In this document: positions 27,061 through 39,375 of the stretch, in pieces
Numbering within the stretch: the first letter of the stretch is position 1
How the letters are laid out: each line of letters begins with the position of its first letter
From: Mobula hypostoma
Lineage: Eukaryota
DNA length: 64,000 nt
Reading direction: 5' to 3'
Assembly: GCF_963921235.1 (NCBI RefSeq)
Contig: NC_086097.1
Location: 15,314,001-15,378,000, forward strand
The notes under the pieces: model-generated
What the model saw: the letters and a program-made list of their open reading frames with translations, nothing else
Told to the model about the DNA's origin: nothing
Databases searched by the model: none
Program-made: the position numbers and the translations under genes

Positions 27061-27161
27061 CCCCGCTGAACCCAGTGGCACACATACAGATCAAGTGTAC
27101 TTTCAAATGGAGAGTTCCTCAAAGCAGCTTTTGCACTAGTGACCCATCAAAGCAATCCATA

Positions 27162-27917
27162 TGCTCCTCCTCCCCTTCACACCCCATCCCTTATTTATTT
27201 ATTTAATATATTTTTTTATTTTTCCCCCTTTTTTAGTCTCTCTTTTTTCTCCTTCTGTCCCTCTCACTATAACTCCTTGCCTGCTCTCCACCCTCCGGGC
27301 TCCCCTCCTCCCTTCTCTTTCTTTCCAGCTGCCTACTAGCTCCCTCATGGTTCTGCCTCCTTCTACTGCCCATTGTGCTTTCCCCTATTCCTTCTTCACC
27401 CTTCCTGCCTATCACCTCCCTGCTTCCCCTCCCCCACCCCTTTATCTTTACCCTTACTGGCTTTTCACCTGGAACCTACCAGCCTTCTCCTTCCCATCCT
27501 CCCCCCACCTTCTTTACAGGGCCTCTGCCCCTTCCCTCTACAGTCCTGACGAAGGGTTCCGGCCCAAAGCGTTGACTGATCGTTTCCATGGATGCTGCCC
27601 GACCTGCTGAGTTCCTCCAGCGTGTTGTGAGTATTGCTTTGACCCCAGCATCTGCAGAGTATTTTGTGTTTCCGTCCCACGATCCTCTCCCTTCTCCAGC
27701 CTGGTATCCCTTTTGCCAATCAACTTTCCAGCTCTTAGATCCACCCCTCCCCTCCTGTCTTCTCCTATCATTTCGGATCTCCCCCCCTCCCCCTCCCACT
27801 TTCAAATCTCTTACTATCTCTTCTCTCAGTTAGTCCTGACGAAGGTACGTCGATTGTACCTCTTCCAATAGATGTTACCTGGCCTGCTGCGTTCCACCAG
27901 CATTTTTTGTGTGTGCT
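27162..27917 (+). mobile_element. Nested Penelope-like 3' ends (one subfamily at about 27325-27668 inside another)
   Basis: The inner part matches 57890-58266 and the outer parts match the reverse complement of 39020-39345; hammerhead motifs at 27541-27578 (GAAA mutated) and 27831 (stem II deleted). Confidence 0.8.
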
Positions 27918-28451
27918 GATTGGGTGGAGGTGTGTGGTGGAGCAGCTGAGTGAGTGAGTGGACGGACGGTTACAGTCCTGGCCGTGAACTCAGTAAACAT
28001 TAAGGGCAGTTTCTGTCCTTCTGTCTGTTCAGCTGGTTACTGCCCTGCAGACCGGCCCACATGACCTCTGAACATATTGTCTAGGCGCTGCTGCCTGCTG
28101 TTGCAGGTCTGCCACTTGTTCTTCTGGGTCAAAAAACAATTTAAAATTTCAGTATCAGCAGCCTCCCGCTTAGAAACAGCAGAACCGTTAGCCTGTGCCG
28201 TCAGATGCTGCTTCGGAGAGGCCTCGTCACCCTTCTGGATTAGCAAGCTGTCTCAAAGTTGCCAGTTCACCATTGTAACAAACTTTCAATTGACAGCTGC
28301 CCATTCCATCCAATTAGCATCAAACATTAAAACTTCTGCCAATAAAGGAAATAATTACATTTATTCCAAAGTGTTGTCATGGCACTGAGGGGTCATGGGT
28401 CCTGATGTAAAAGGATTAACTTCAAAGTCTCAGTAAAATTACATTTATCAA

Positions 28452-28742
28452 GGGGCGGCACGGTACAAAGTGGTCAGCCCAAAGCATTACAGTACAGGCG
28501 ACCCGGGTTCAGTTCCTGCTGCTTCCTGTAAGAAGTTTGTACATTCTCCCTGTGACCACATGGGTTTCCTCTGGGTGCTCCAGTTTCCTCTCACAGTCCA
28601 AAGTTGTACTAGTTGGTAGGTTAATTGGTCTTTGTAAGTTGTCCTATGATTAGTCTAGTATTAAATCAAGGGATTGCTGGGTGGTGTGGCTTAACGAGCC
28701 AAAAGGGCCAGTTCTGCATTGCACCTCAATAAGTAAAATAAA
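28452..28742 (+). mobile_element. Full-length tRNA-derived V-SINE-like (HE1-like) element
   Basis: Head 'ggggcggcacggtacaaagtggtcagc', B-box 'gggttcagttcc', conserved body and AT-rich tail. Confidence 0.85.
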
Positions 28743-29043
28743 ACTATCTCCAAAGTACTTCATACCCAACAAATCTGAATGTGAAGCAGTCACTAATGTC
28801 AAAAGAAAATGGCATTTATACCCAGAACACTCCCACTGTCATCAATAGTTTTTCAAGCAAAACTTTTGTAAGGTTCACGTCAGAGGACGTGCCAAAATTC
28901 ACCTCTTTTAAAATAAAATTTCTAATTTCCAGGAGAAAGGAATGTCCTGGAACAGAGTTATCATAAGTTGTTATTACTCAGCGACTCCCATCAGATCAAG
29001 AGGAGCCTTGGACCTATTGTGGTGTTGATATACTATACAATTG

Positions 29044-29517
29044 AATGAGGTGTGGATATGAACCTGGTTTAGGTGTGAATGTGTGCCTGGTTGAAGAGTG
29101 GATGCGTACCTGGTTGAATTGTGGACATGGAGGTGTGGATGTGTATCTGGTTGAGGTGTGGACATGTGCCTGGTTGAGGTGTGGACATGTATCTGGATGA
29201 GGTATGGATATGAACCTGGTTTAGGTGTGAAAGTGTGCCTGGTTGAAGAGTGGATGCGTACCTGGTTGAATTGTGGACATGAACCCAGTTGAGGTGTGGA
29301 TGTGTATCTGGATGAGGTGTGCACGTGTACCTGGTTGAAGTATGGACATGTGCCTGGTTGAGGTGTGGACATGTACCTGGTTGAGGTGTGGACATGCATC
29401 TGGATGAGGTGCGGATATGAACCTGGTTTAGGTGTGGATATGTATCTGGTTGAGATGTGCACGTGTACCTGGTTGAAGTGTGGACATGCACCTGGTTGAG
29501 GTGTAGATATGTACCTA
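29044..29517. repeat. 23-bp minisatellite, about 20 units
   Basis: Consensus cctggttgaggtgtggacatgta. Confidence 0.95.
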
Positions 29518-30188
29518 GGGACAAGCATGCTTTCAGTCTCACTGCGTTGCTTTGTTTGTGCCTGTTAGATGGCACTTAGGTTTTGCATTTGTAGCCTGCT
29601 CATACCTCACTTAAATTTGATGTGTTGGTATGGAATATGTAAAAGCCACAGATCTATACCACTGGAGCCATGAAGTTCAATCAACACCCACTGAAGGAAT
29701 TCTTTTCAGGTATATCATATCCCGGGAACAGAATATACAAAAACTCTGCCCACTGCTGCCACTTGTGTGAACTTGTATGTGTTTTTCAGAGAAACCTTAA
29801 GTAGAAAGTAAACACATTTGAATGCTATCAAGGACGGGGTCACCTTCTGTCTCAGAAGCCTTGCCTCAGGATCCTTGGCGGGGGGGGTAGCTGTTGAAGT
29901 GGGGTGGGCTCTGTTAAAATAAGCTCATTCCTGCATTGCCACAGTCAGGAGCAGTTCTCAAGGTTAAGTGTGGATTTTTGGACATGGCAACTTTTACATT
30001 CACACCAGGATGAGACATCTGGCTTTAGTGCAGGTTTCCCAAAAATCACGGCATTCAGACTTTCAGGACCTTATACAGACATCTCCCAGCTAATGTCCTT
30101 CTTAAGTGCCCTCAACTTCTACTCTGCTGTTGTGAGACTGTTGTATAATACCCTAGTATGCCAAAATGGACTCTTGATCTCACAATCT

Positions 30189-30582
30189 CCTCCAAGAGAA
30201 CCACAACCTATTGTGGTTTGGAGGCTTGCGTACCTGAGTGACCCGGAGAGCTATGCTGGCTGGAGTCAAGGCTTCATGCTTTGGCTCTTGGTAGGGTCAC
30301 CCATGCCCGAACAGGTCAAAGGTCAGAGGACAGACTAAAAGTGGTCCACCGGTCCTCCAGGTTCGGGGTTCAGCTCAGGGCTAAGAACCCTGACTGGTCA
30401 AACAAAATTGTTACGGAAGCAGCAACGAAGAATCCTTCTTCATCTAAGTGCAACGGTACTTATGAGTCTGCACTCGGAACTCAGAACTGCAGCGAAGACC
30501 ACGAGGAAGCTACTGACATGATGAACGGTCATCATCACCGCCAGAGATGGAGGACATTCATTGCTGCCCTAAGGTGGTAAGT
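30189..30582 (+). mobile_element. Bipartite non-autonomous RTE (Expander-like) element
   Basis: 12-bp TSD atctcacaatct (30177-30188 and 30583-30594); RTE-type 5' UTR 'gagctatgctgg..ggtagggtcacccatgc..aacaggtc' joined to a 3' end encoding WRTFIAAL with a taag tail. Confidence 0.8.
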
Positions 30583-30679
30583 ATCTCACAATCTATCTCA
30601 TTATGACCGTGTACCTACACAACACTTTCTCTGTAGCTGTTACACTTTTTTCTGCATTCTGTTATTGTTTTACCTTGTA

Positions 30680-30833
30680 CAGGTCCACCTTCACTAATCC
30701 GACTACCTGTAATCCGGTTCCTTCGATAATCCGGCACTGATTATGCTCAATGTGATCCTTCTGTAATTCGGCATTTTCACTAATCCGGCACTCCTCAGGT
30801 CCCAGTGGTGCCGGATTAGTGAAGGTTGACCTG
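30680..30833. mobile_element. Tigger/pogo-type MITE
   Basis: TA TSD; 22-bp TIRs caggtccaccttcactaatccg / cggattagtgaaggttgacctg (1 mismatch); internal repeats of taatccgg. Confidence 0.9.
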
Positions 30834-31044
30834 TACTACCTCAATGAACTAATGATGATGAATTGATCAGCATGAACAGTATGCAAGACAAGCTTTTCAA
30901 TATATTTCAGTACATGTGACAGTAATAAAGCAATTCCAATTCCTTTGTACAAGAAAGCTGCCTCCTGCACATACTGCCCTTCATAAGCATTCCTGAGAGA
31001 GTCTTCTAACCCTTCCCTCAGCACTGTAGCTCAGTATAAGCCAT

Positions 31045-31352
31045 CATCTTTTTTTCCCAGGTTAGTAATGGCTAATATGAAAGAGCATAATTTAAAGGTA
31101 AATGGAGGAAAGAATAGAGGAAATGGCAGAGGCAGGCTTTATTGACACAATGAGTGTTCAGTGTGTGGAACGTGCTGCCAGGGGTGGTGGTAGAGGCAGA
31201 TAATTCCAGGACATTTAAGAGGCACATGGATGAAAGAAAAATGGAAGGCCATGTGGGAGGGAAGGGTTAGATTGATCTTGAAAAAGGTTCAAAGGTCGGC
31301 ACAACATTGTGGGCCAAAGAACCTGTACTGTTCACTGTTCCATGTTCCATGT
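31045..31352 (+). mobile_element. Old CR1 3' fragment
   Basis: 'tggaacgtgctgccaggggtggtggtagaggcaga' plus CR1 3' UTR and tail. Confidence 0.75.
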
Positions 31353-31851
31353 AAGGACGTCTGCAGACACTATTCTGAAAAGGGCTCAGGCTAATTTTAC
31401 AATTACTTTTACAGCTTTAGGAAAATTACCAACACTGTGTTAACATCTAAGAACCTGCATGGACACACTTGTTCTTACAGAGGTACCAGCTGTCCCTACA
31501 CCTAAGTTATGGCAGCTAATAAAGTTCTGCATGCGAATGAAACATTCCATAATCTCAGTGATCCCCAGACTGCTACCAAGCCAGATAGACTCTTTATGAA
31601 ACATAATTCTAAGGTGAAGTGTAGCTAGTCATGGACGGATGTGACCAATAGTGGTCTGATCTGTAAAAGTCAAATCCTACCAACACTCTATTCATTACAC
31701 AATCTGGTGTATATGTCCTGATCAAAAGTCAAAGTCAAAGTAAATGTATTAACAAAGTGTGTTTATATCACCATATACTACCCTGAGATTCAATTTCTTG
31801 CAGGCATTTACTGGAAAAGAAAGAAACACAATAGAATTATGAAAACATATA

Positions 31852-32658
31852 CAATGGATTCAGATTAATTGAGCCATCGGTTAATTGGGGCAGCTGCTTA
31901 ATTAGAACAACTCTCAAAGGGCAAAAAATAATCGAGAAAATTACTGACACTCCCTTCGATATTTGGGATACTATGCCACCTCACTGGGGCCAGAGACTGT
32001 TGCTACATGATTTCTAACTAGCGTCAGTCACATGCACTTGCGTGGCTGTTGGACACTACAGCGTGCTTAGAACAAACGGTTTTTAAGTAGTGTCAGTTGC
32101 ACTTGATAGTGTTCAAAAAGTAGTAATTTTTGTCACTGATAGTTGGTGAGAAATAAGCAGTAAAATAGATTGGAAATAGTTTGCTCACTGCGGTTTCAAG
32201 TATTCAGGCTTGGAGGCACCAGAAATGGCTGGGATTGGAAATGAAATGATTTCACTACTTCAACAAGTTGGAGCTACAAAGAATTTTAAGGGATTAACAA
32301 TTATTTTGAATGTTATAATGAAAACGAGGATTTGGAGGATGCAATTATCGAAAGCATTGCATGCAGGCTGTCAGTTATCTACACGGTGTCTGTGCTGATT
32401 TTGATCAATTACAGTCAATTGAAAGAATACAGCAGTGAATTCATCTGTCAATATCTATTAGGAATTAATACACAGTTTTATAGAACTGTAGTAGTACTGG
32501 TAGTGTTCTAATTTGTTCTGCGTTTAAATTTGTAACTCAGTTTGTCTTGTTTTGTGCCTTGTTAACTATTTACAGGAAATGTTGGCTAATTGGGGCAGCC
32601 ACTTAATTGGGCCAAAACTTACTGGTCTCAATGTATCCCAATTAACCGGAATCTACTG
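31852..32658. mobile_element. Non-autonomous Tigger/pogo-like DNA transposon
   Basis: TA flanks; TIRs caatggattcagattaattg / caattaaccggaatctactg; subterminal 'taattggggcagc' near both ends. Confidence 0.8.
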
Positions 32659-33021
32659 TATATAAACAGATACTGGCGAACATCCAAAAATCACCTTCTT
32701 TTGAAATTCTCCTTCATTGAAGTTCACAGAACATTGAATAAGAACAGGCCCCTCAGCCCACAATGTTACAATGAACCAAATAAATAAAATAGCTGGCTAA
32801 ACTAATTCCGTATGCCTACACGATCTCCATATCCTCGATCTAACAGTGGTACAGCGAGTGGAGTTGCTGTGTTACTGCTACAGTGACCTGGCTTCAATAG
32901 TGATCTCTAGTACAGTCTGTGAGGGCTGTGAACATTCTTCCTATGACGATAAGGACTTCTTCTCACATCCCAAAGAAGTGCAGGTTGGTAGGTTAATTGG
33001 TCATTATATATTGCCCCTTGA

Positions 33022-33426
33022 GTCCTCCAGTAAGTCATTGGGTTTGGAGGCCTGCGAGCCTCAATGACCCAGAGAGCTACGTTGGATGGAGTCAGGGCTT
33101 TATGCTTTGGCTCTTGGTAGGGTCACCCATGCTAAACAGGTCAAAGGGTAGAGGCCAGGCTATGAGTGGTCCACCAGTCCTCCATGTTCTGGGGTTCAGC
33201 TCAGGGCTAACAGCCCTGACTAGTAAAACAAAATTGTTACAGATGGTGAATCCTTCTACATCTGAGTGCGACGGTATTCCTGAGTCTCCCAGCCGGGACT
33301 TGTGTGACTGACAGTAGTGAAAACTGAACGGAAGCTACTGACATAATGAAGGAAATCCTGAACTCTGCCAGAGATGGAGAACTTTTATTGCTGCCCTCAA
33401 TGCCAGTGGCGTACTGGCAGTAAGTG
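33022..33426 (+). mobile_element. Bipartite RTE-derived element inserted in a V-SINE-like copy (about 32843-33560)
   Basis: Homologous to 30189-30582, ending 'ggcagtaagt'. Confidence 0.75.
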
Positions 33427-33647
33427 ATATAGGTGAGTGGCAGGATCTGGAGCGGGGAGCCGTTGATGGGAATATGTGTAGGTTTAGTGCAATTGAGTGT
33501 TTCACGAGTGGCATGAACTCAGTGGGCCAGAAGGGCTGCATTGCCCTGTGAGATGATGAGTACAATTCTTTTACCTTAAAAAAAAATGCCAACTAAGTTT
33601 GGCCTTTATGAAACTTGAAAATTTCCTCACCAAAAAATTTACTTGCT

Positions 33648-34125
33648 AAACACAAGAGATTCAGCAGATGCTGTAAGTCTAGAGCAACACACAGCCAGCG
33701 TTTTGGGCCAAGACCCTTCATTAGGACTGGGAAAACAGGGGAAAGGAACCCAAATAAGAAGTTTGGCGGGGGGGGGGCGGTAGGAAGGAATACAAGCTGG
33801 TAGGTGATAGGTGAAATCAGGTAAGGGGACAGGTGGGTGGGTGAGGGAGGTGTCAGGAAGTAAGAAGCTGGGAGATGCTAGGTGGGAGAGGTGAAGGGCT
33901 GAAGAAGGAACCTGATAGGAGAGGAGAGTAGACCATGGAAGGAAGGGAAAGAGGTGGGGCACCAGGGGGAGGTGACCGGCAGATGAGGAAAAGAGAAGGG
34001 GCAAGAGGGGAGCCAGTATAGGAGTGGAATAAGAGGGAAGGAGGAGGGAGACAAATTACCGGAAGTTAGAGAAATCGATGTTCACGCCATCAGGTTGGAA
34101 GCTACCCCGATGAAATACGAGGTAT
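33648..34125 (-). mobile_element. Penelope-like 3' end (endonuclease C-terminus, pyrimidine-rich UTR, decayed hammerhead, tail)
   Basis: The minus strand of 34060-34125 reads LVFHRGSFQPDGVNIDFSNFR*; motif near 33692-33730. Confidence 0.8.
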
Positions 34126-35386
34126 TGAGGATACATGCCAGTTTATCTCCAGATCCACTCCGACATCATGTCTGAACGTTGGCCTTTGAAACAACCAGCT
34201 GCCGTTTCAATTCAACATTGTACCTCTGTGTGACAGTTCACACTATCTCCCAGTACTGCCAAAGTAGATTTGTATCTTTGAAGAGTCTTTCATATCCCTT
34301 AAGGAACATCACACAAAGTATTTTAACAGCCAGTGGGGTGTCTCCTGAAGAAGGTAGGAAATGCAACGACAATTTCTGCATGACAAGCTCTCAACAACAG
34401 CGTTCACGACCAGCAACTAGAGATGGGTTCTTTAGCTACAATTGAGTGAGGGATGAACGTTGGACAGAAATGCTTTCTATGTTCATCTCTGAAGTGGTCA
34501 CAGAGGGCTTTTGCATTCAACTTTGGAGGCTGAATACATCTTATCAAAGGAAACAGCACCTCTGCCTGAGCAGCACTCCCTCTGATTAAGCCTACGTTTT
34601 CCATGCTCTTGTCTTTGGAATAAGAGACAATCTTCAGACCCACAAGCGACAGTGCAGTCAACAATCACAGGACATTAATCACTACTTTTATAAACATGAC
34701 CTTTCAGGTCCGGATTTCAAATCTTGGCAACACTGGAATAAATATGCTCATCCTAAAATTTTCCTTCTCCATCGCCCAGACTTACATATTTCTCAGTAAG
34801 GAAGCCCGTGTGTGCGTTACACTGGAACAACTTGGAGACAGGCTGCAGCCTGACGCTGAGTACAACAGACTTGCACATCCCCTGAGTCTGACAATACATT
34901 TTCCTGCTTGAGGTAAAAATAGCACATTCCTCAGAATGCCTAATCCATTGCTCCTAAAAAGAGAATCTTTAATTATTTGAGAGAGCTTCTTTCTATTAGT
35001 TTTTGTTTTGATGGTGATAAAATCAATGATTTAAATGAAAGAAAAACTAAGTTTATGTGCACAGGTTTTACTCATCTCAGTGAATTTGAAATTTGGCTCG
35101 GGGTTGCTCCTATAGGACTTCCGTTTGATCCAGCCTCGGTAAGGATGGAGTACAAGAGATGAGATTACAGAGGGCTGCACGCTCAGCCAGCTTGATCATG
35201 GGTGTTGTGTTCATTATTGAGGGAGAGTGCAGAGCACACCAGGATGCCAGCATGCAGGATACCCAACTGAACTTTACCGATAACCTCACACCTGAGAAAA
35301 TCTACAGATGCTGGAAATCCAAAGCAATACACACAAAACACTGGAGGAACTCAGCAGGTCAGGTGGTATCTATGGAAAAGAGTAAA

Positions 35387-35424
35387 CAGTCAACGTTTCA
35401 GACCAAGATCCTTCATCAGGACAG
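35387..35424 (-). ncRNA. Minimal hammerhead ribozyme motif with intact core, at the 5' end of a short PLE tail (about 35293-35424)
   Basis: gtc-CTGATGA-aggatcttggtct-GAAACGTT-gac. Confidence 0.65.
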
Positions 35425-35917
35425 ATTACCTTGCTTGTACAGTATGTAAACTCCTCCCATGTGGAAGAGGTGGAGGAATAACAGTATTAACTACCGCTAC
35501 AATGAGCACTAGCCTCTCCACCATCGAGGACATCTATAAGAGAATACAGAATCCGTCATTAAGGACTCTCACCATCCAGGAAATGCCACCTTTTCATCAC
35601 TGCCATCAGGGAGGAGACACAAAAGTCTGAAGGTGTGTTCTTAATGTCTTAGGAACACCTTCTTCCCCTTCGCCATCGTATTTCTGAAAGGTTCATGAAC
35701 CAATAAACATCACCAACTCTCTTTTGCACTATTTATTTATTGTATCTTATAGTAATTTTCTATGTCTGTACGTAACAAATTTCACAACATTTGTCAAAGG
35801 TAATAAACCTGATTCTGATTCTGTAAGAATAGCTGTTGTAAATTATGTTGGTGTGGTGTTGACTGCAGCTGAGTAATATAGCTTCTATTCTAGTATTGTG
35901 CAGATGTTAGCCTCAAT

Positions 35918-36030
35918 GGTCCAGATGAAGGGTCTTGACCCAAAATGTCAAGCATTAATTTCCTTCCACAGATGCCACCTGACCTGTGGAGTTTCTCCAG
36001 CATTTTGCTGCTTCATAGTCCAGCATTTGA
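35918..36030 (+). mobile_element. Short PLE tail starting at a decayed hammerhead motif
   Basis: ggtccagatgaagggtcttgacccaaaatgtc followed by the tail. Confidence 0.65.
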
Positions 36031-37074
36031 GAACTTTTATGTCTTCATTAGTTTGATACCTTCAACTTAAAAGTTAATGCCATTATTTGCTCTATCTCAA
36101 TGCAGCTTGCCTGATACTAAGCTTGAAGACCATTCCATGGGAAGTTCCATAGAATAAATCCAAGGATAGTTGGTGCCTGCCAGGGGGAGATAGCTCATCC
36201 TTCTAATTAAGCCTTGAGAAGATTTAAACAGCTGCCATGACATTTACTGCAGCTAGATTCTGACTATGGACCATTTAGCGTGATGGATGTGCAATTGAAT
36301 TATCAGTGAAGAATATATTGCCACCAGACTCCACAGTCTGTGGAAGCAACAAATCAATTGCTGGCTTTCCTGTCCAATGAAAACAGACGTTTTCACGGAG
36401 TGTGCTCATTATCTCTTCCTGAAACTTCCCTGCAATTTCCATATCAAAAAGGGAGCCTTTCTTCATCGGCGTTCTCCAAGAGGCAGAGCGTGATAGGCAG
36501 ATGGAGTCGGTTGCTTTATTGGGCAATTAACCTCACCCGAACAATTGCTAACTTACCTCATTACTGAAAGAAAGGAAAGCCACCTTCCCAACAGTAATCA
36601 CAATGGGCAAAGCTTTAACAATACCCCAGAAGAACATCAAACCAACAAGCTATAAATGACAGGAAAAGGAAATTTTGGAATGTGGATTTCGGTTGGGCTC
36701 ACTTTCAGGAATAGTGTTATTGTGACATAGGTTACTGAATTTTTTTTTGGGATGCTGCTCTTCAATATCCCTGAATATCAGGAAATAGCCTGAAATTATT
36801 AATGTTTAACAGACAGGCATGACAAGTCTCAAAAACTAATAAAAAGATTAAAAAAGAAAGAAAGACAAGTCTCACCACCCTGCCATCCCAAGAATGGTCC
36901 AGCTGGCTTGTGATGCCCTTTTATATGGAAGTCTCATTCTAAGTTAGAGGCATATAACTTTCCGCAAAGCAAAAATCCCGGTAATAAAGGAAGCCCCCTT
37001 AAGATGGAAGATATTGAAGATTCCTCTCAGAATTTTTGAGTCGATTAAGACTTAATATGAAAATCATACCAACA

Positions 37075-37903
37075 AATATGGTATGCTTGCCTTGATTAGT
37101 TGAGGAACTGAGTTCAAAAATCAGGATTTATGTTGCAACTTTATAAAACTCTGGACAATTGCATTCCATTCTGAACGCTCCATTGTAGGAAGGTCGTGGA
37201 GGCTTTGGAGAGGGTGCAGAAGAAGTTTACCAGGATGCTGCCTGGATTAGAGGGTGTGCGCTATAACGAGAGGTTGGACAGCTTGAACAAATTTCTCTGG
37301 AATGGTGAAGGCTGAAGGGAGATTTGATAGAGGTTTATAAGATTATGAAAGGCAGTGATAGAATAGACAGACATTATCATAAATGTCTAATAATAGAGGG
37401 CAGGCACTTAAAGATAGAGAGGGTAATTGCAAATTAGGGCAAGTGAAGGGTGCCTAGAATGTGCTGCCAGGAGTGGAAGTAAAGGCAAATACATTTAGTC
37501 ATAGTCATAGTCATAGTCACACTTTATTGATCCCGAGGGAAATTGGGTTTCGTTACAGTTGCACCAACCAAGAATAGAGTATAGATATAGCAATATAAAA
37601 CCATAAATAATTAAATAATAATATTTAAATTATGCCAGAAAATGTCCAGGACCAGCCTATTGGCTCAGGGGTTCTGACGCTCCAAGGGAGGAGTTGTAAA
37701 GTTTGATGGCCACAGGCAGGAATGACTTCCTATGACATATAAGAGGCAATTTAATGGGCAGATGAATGTGCACAGAATGGAGGGGTATGGACATTGTGTA
37801 AGCAGAAGGAATTAGTTTAATTAGAAAATTGATTTGTTTAATTAGTTTGGCACAGCATCATGTACCAAAAAGGGGCCTGTGCTGTCACATTCTAGTTCTA
37901 TGA
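37075..37903 (+). mobile_element. Old CR1 3' fragment interrupted by a Rex1-type 3' end (about 37497-37737, minus)
   Basis: ALERVQKKFTRMLPGLEG; the insert carries a (tagtca)n tail matching the tail at 46195. Confidence 0.8.
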
Positions 37904-38099
37904 CTCTGGGCTACATTATGTGTTAACTACATCTTGTGTTGTTACTTTTTTTGTGTTAGCCATGAGTGCAACACATTCTCCCAGGTTAATCTCGTTTGCT
38001 ACTCATAAGTTCGGTCAACCTGCTTGCAGTACCTGAGTGTCCACAACATCCCTAACCCCTCTGATTAACTTGGTACTATCTCCAAACTTCCCCAGCCAC

Positions 38100-38466
38100 T
38101 TATCATTGTATCGGGGCCATTAAAGGAAACAGAAGCCAAGGTTCTACTTCAGGACTGGAGAGGAAGGGGGCGATGGCAAAAAAAGTGGGGGGAGGGGAAG
38201 GAGGATAGCTAGACGATGTTAGCTGAAGCCAGGCTGGAAGGAAAGGTAAAGGGCTGCAGAAGAAGGAATCTGAGAGGAGAGGAGAGTGGACATGGGAGAA
38301 AGGGAAGGAGGGGGGGAGAAGAGGTAAGAAGCCAGATTGGGGAGTACAAGAAGCAGGGAAGGGGAGGGAAATTTTTTTTAACCAGAAGGAGAAATCAGTA
38401 TTCACGCCATCAGGTTGGAGGCTACCCTGATGGAATATAAGGTGCTCCTCCTCCACCCTGAGGGTG
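38100..38466 (-). mobile_element. Penelope-like 3' end
   Basis: TLRVEEEHLIFHQGSLQPDGVNTDF (GIY-YIG C-terminus) followed by a pyrimidine-rich UTR. Confidence 0.8.
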
Positions 38467-38715
38467 TGCAATGTGTTGCTCTTCCACCCTGAGTTATATA
38501 AGTTTATACAATTTCACAGTTATACAAGATTGCACCTTGTAGAGAAGTTGATGAGAAGGCACGTATCAACAGCTTTCTGAAATTCAGAATGTACAACTAC
38601 TGAATTATTCTCAAATACTAACCCCAAGACCCTTGAAAAAGAAATTTGCAGGACAGGATTCTTTTTTCTTTGGAAACTGGTTATGCATCAATGATCAGGC
38701 CTTCTCAATCTAAGG

Positions 38716-38795
38716 CAGGGGTTCCCAAGCTGGGATCCACGGATCCCTCGGTTAATGGTAGGCGTCCTTGGCATGAAAAAGATTGGAAACCCCTG
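38716..38795. mobile_element. hAT-Charlie-type MITE (80 bp)
   Basis: TIRs caggggttcccaa / ttggaaacccctg; 8-bp flanks atctaagg / gtctaaga. Confidence 0.8.
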
Positions 38796-39019
38796 GTCTA
38801 AGAGGATCTTCGTGCATCTCTCTGATTATTTAAAAAACTTTGACTGGCACCCAGCGCAATCTTTACACATCACTTTCTCCGTGACCTCTTCTTCCCCTGC
38901 AACTCCAAAAAGTTTGCATTCGTCCAACTCTTGGGCACTCGTTTCTTTTTACCATTCATTGAAGAGCTGACCTCCATTAGCTGCCTAAATTCCCTCCTTC
39001 ATACCCTCTCAAAGGAACA

Positions 39020-39375
39020 ATTTGAAGCCCAAGCAACACACATAAAAGTTGCTGGTGAATGCAGCAGGCCAGGCAGCATCTCTAGGAAGAGGTGCAGTCG
39101 ACGTTTCAGGCCGAGACCCTTCGTCAGCACTAACTGAAGGAAGAGTGAGTAAGGGATTTGAAAGTTGGAGGGGGAGGGGGAGATCCAAAATGATAGGAGA
39201 AGACAGGAGGGGGAGGGATGGAGCCAAGAGCTGGACAGGTAATAGGCAAAAGGGGATACGAGAGGATCATGGGACAGGAGGTCCGGGAAGAAAGACAAGG
39301 GGGGTGGACCCAGAGGATGGGCAAGGGGTATATTCAGAGGGACAGATCACTCTCCTTTTTCTCCCTCTGTCCCTA
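39020..39375 (-). mobile_element. Young Penelope-like 3' end
   Basis: Nearly identical to the arms at 59659-59942; small inversion at the 5' end (agggacag..ctgtccct). Confidence 0.85.
39095..39132 (-). ncRNA. Minimal hammerhead ribozyme motif (core intact, one stem I mismatch)
   Basis: tagtg-CTGACGA-agggtctcggcct-GAAACGTC-gactg. Confidence 0.7.

Noticed and set aside
28452..28525. tRNA gene (also at 41686, 52600 and 60500)
   Set aside because: These are tRNA-like heads continuing into SINE bodies, without a complete cloverleaf.
29044..29517. Possible CRISPR array
   Set aside because: Contiguous degenerate units with no spacers, in a vertebrate context with no cas genes.
28974..29575. 184-aa and 168-aa repetitive ORFs
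   Set aside because: By-products of a 23-bp tandem repeat whose unit has no stop on that strand; the unit is not a multiple of 3.
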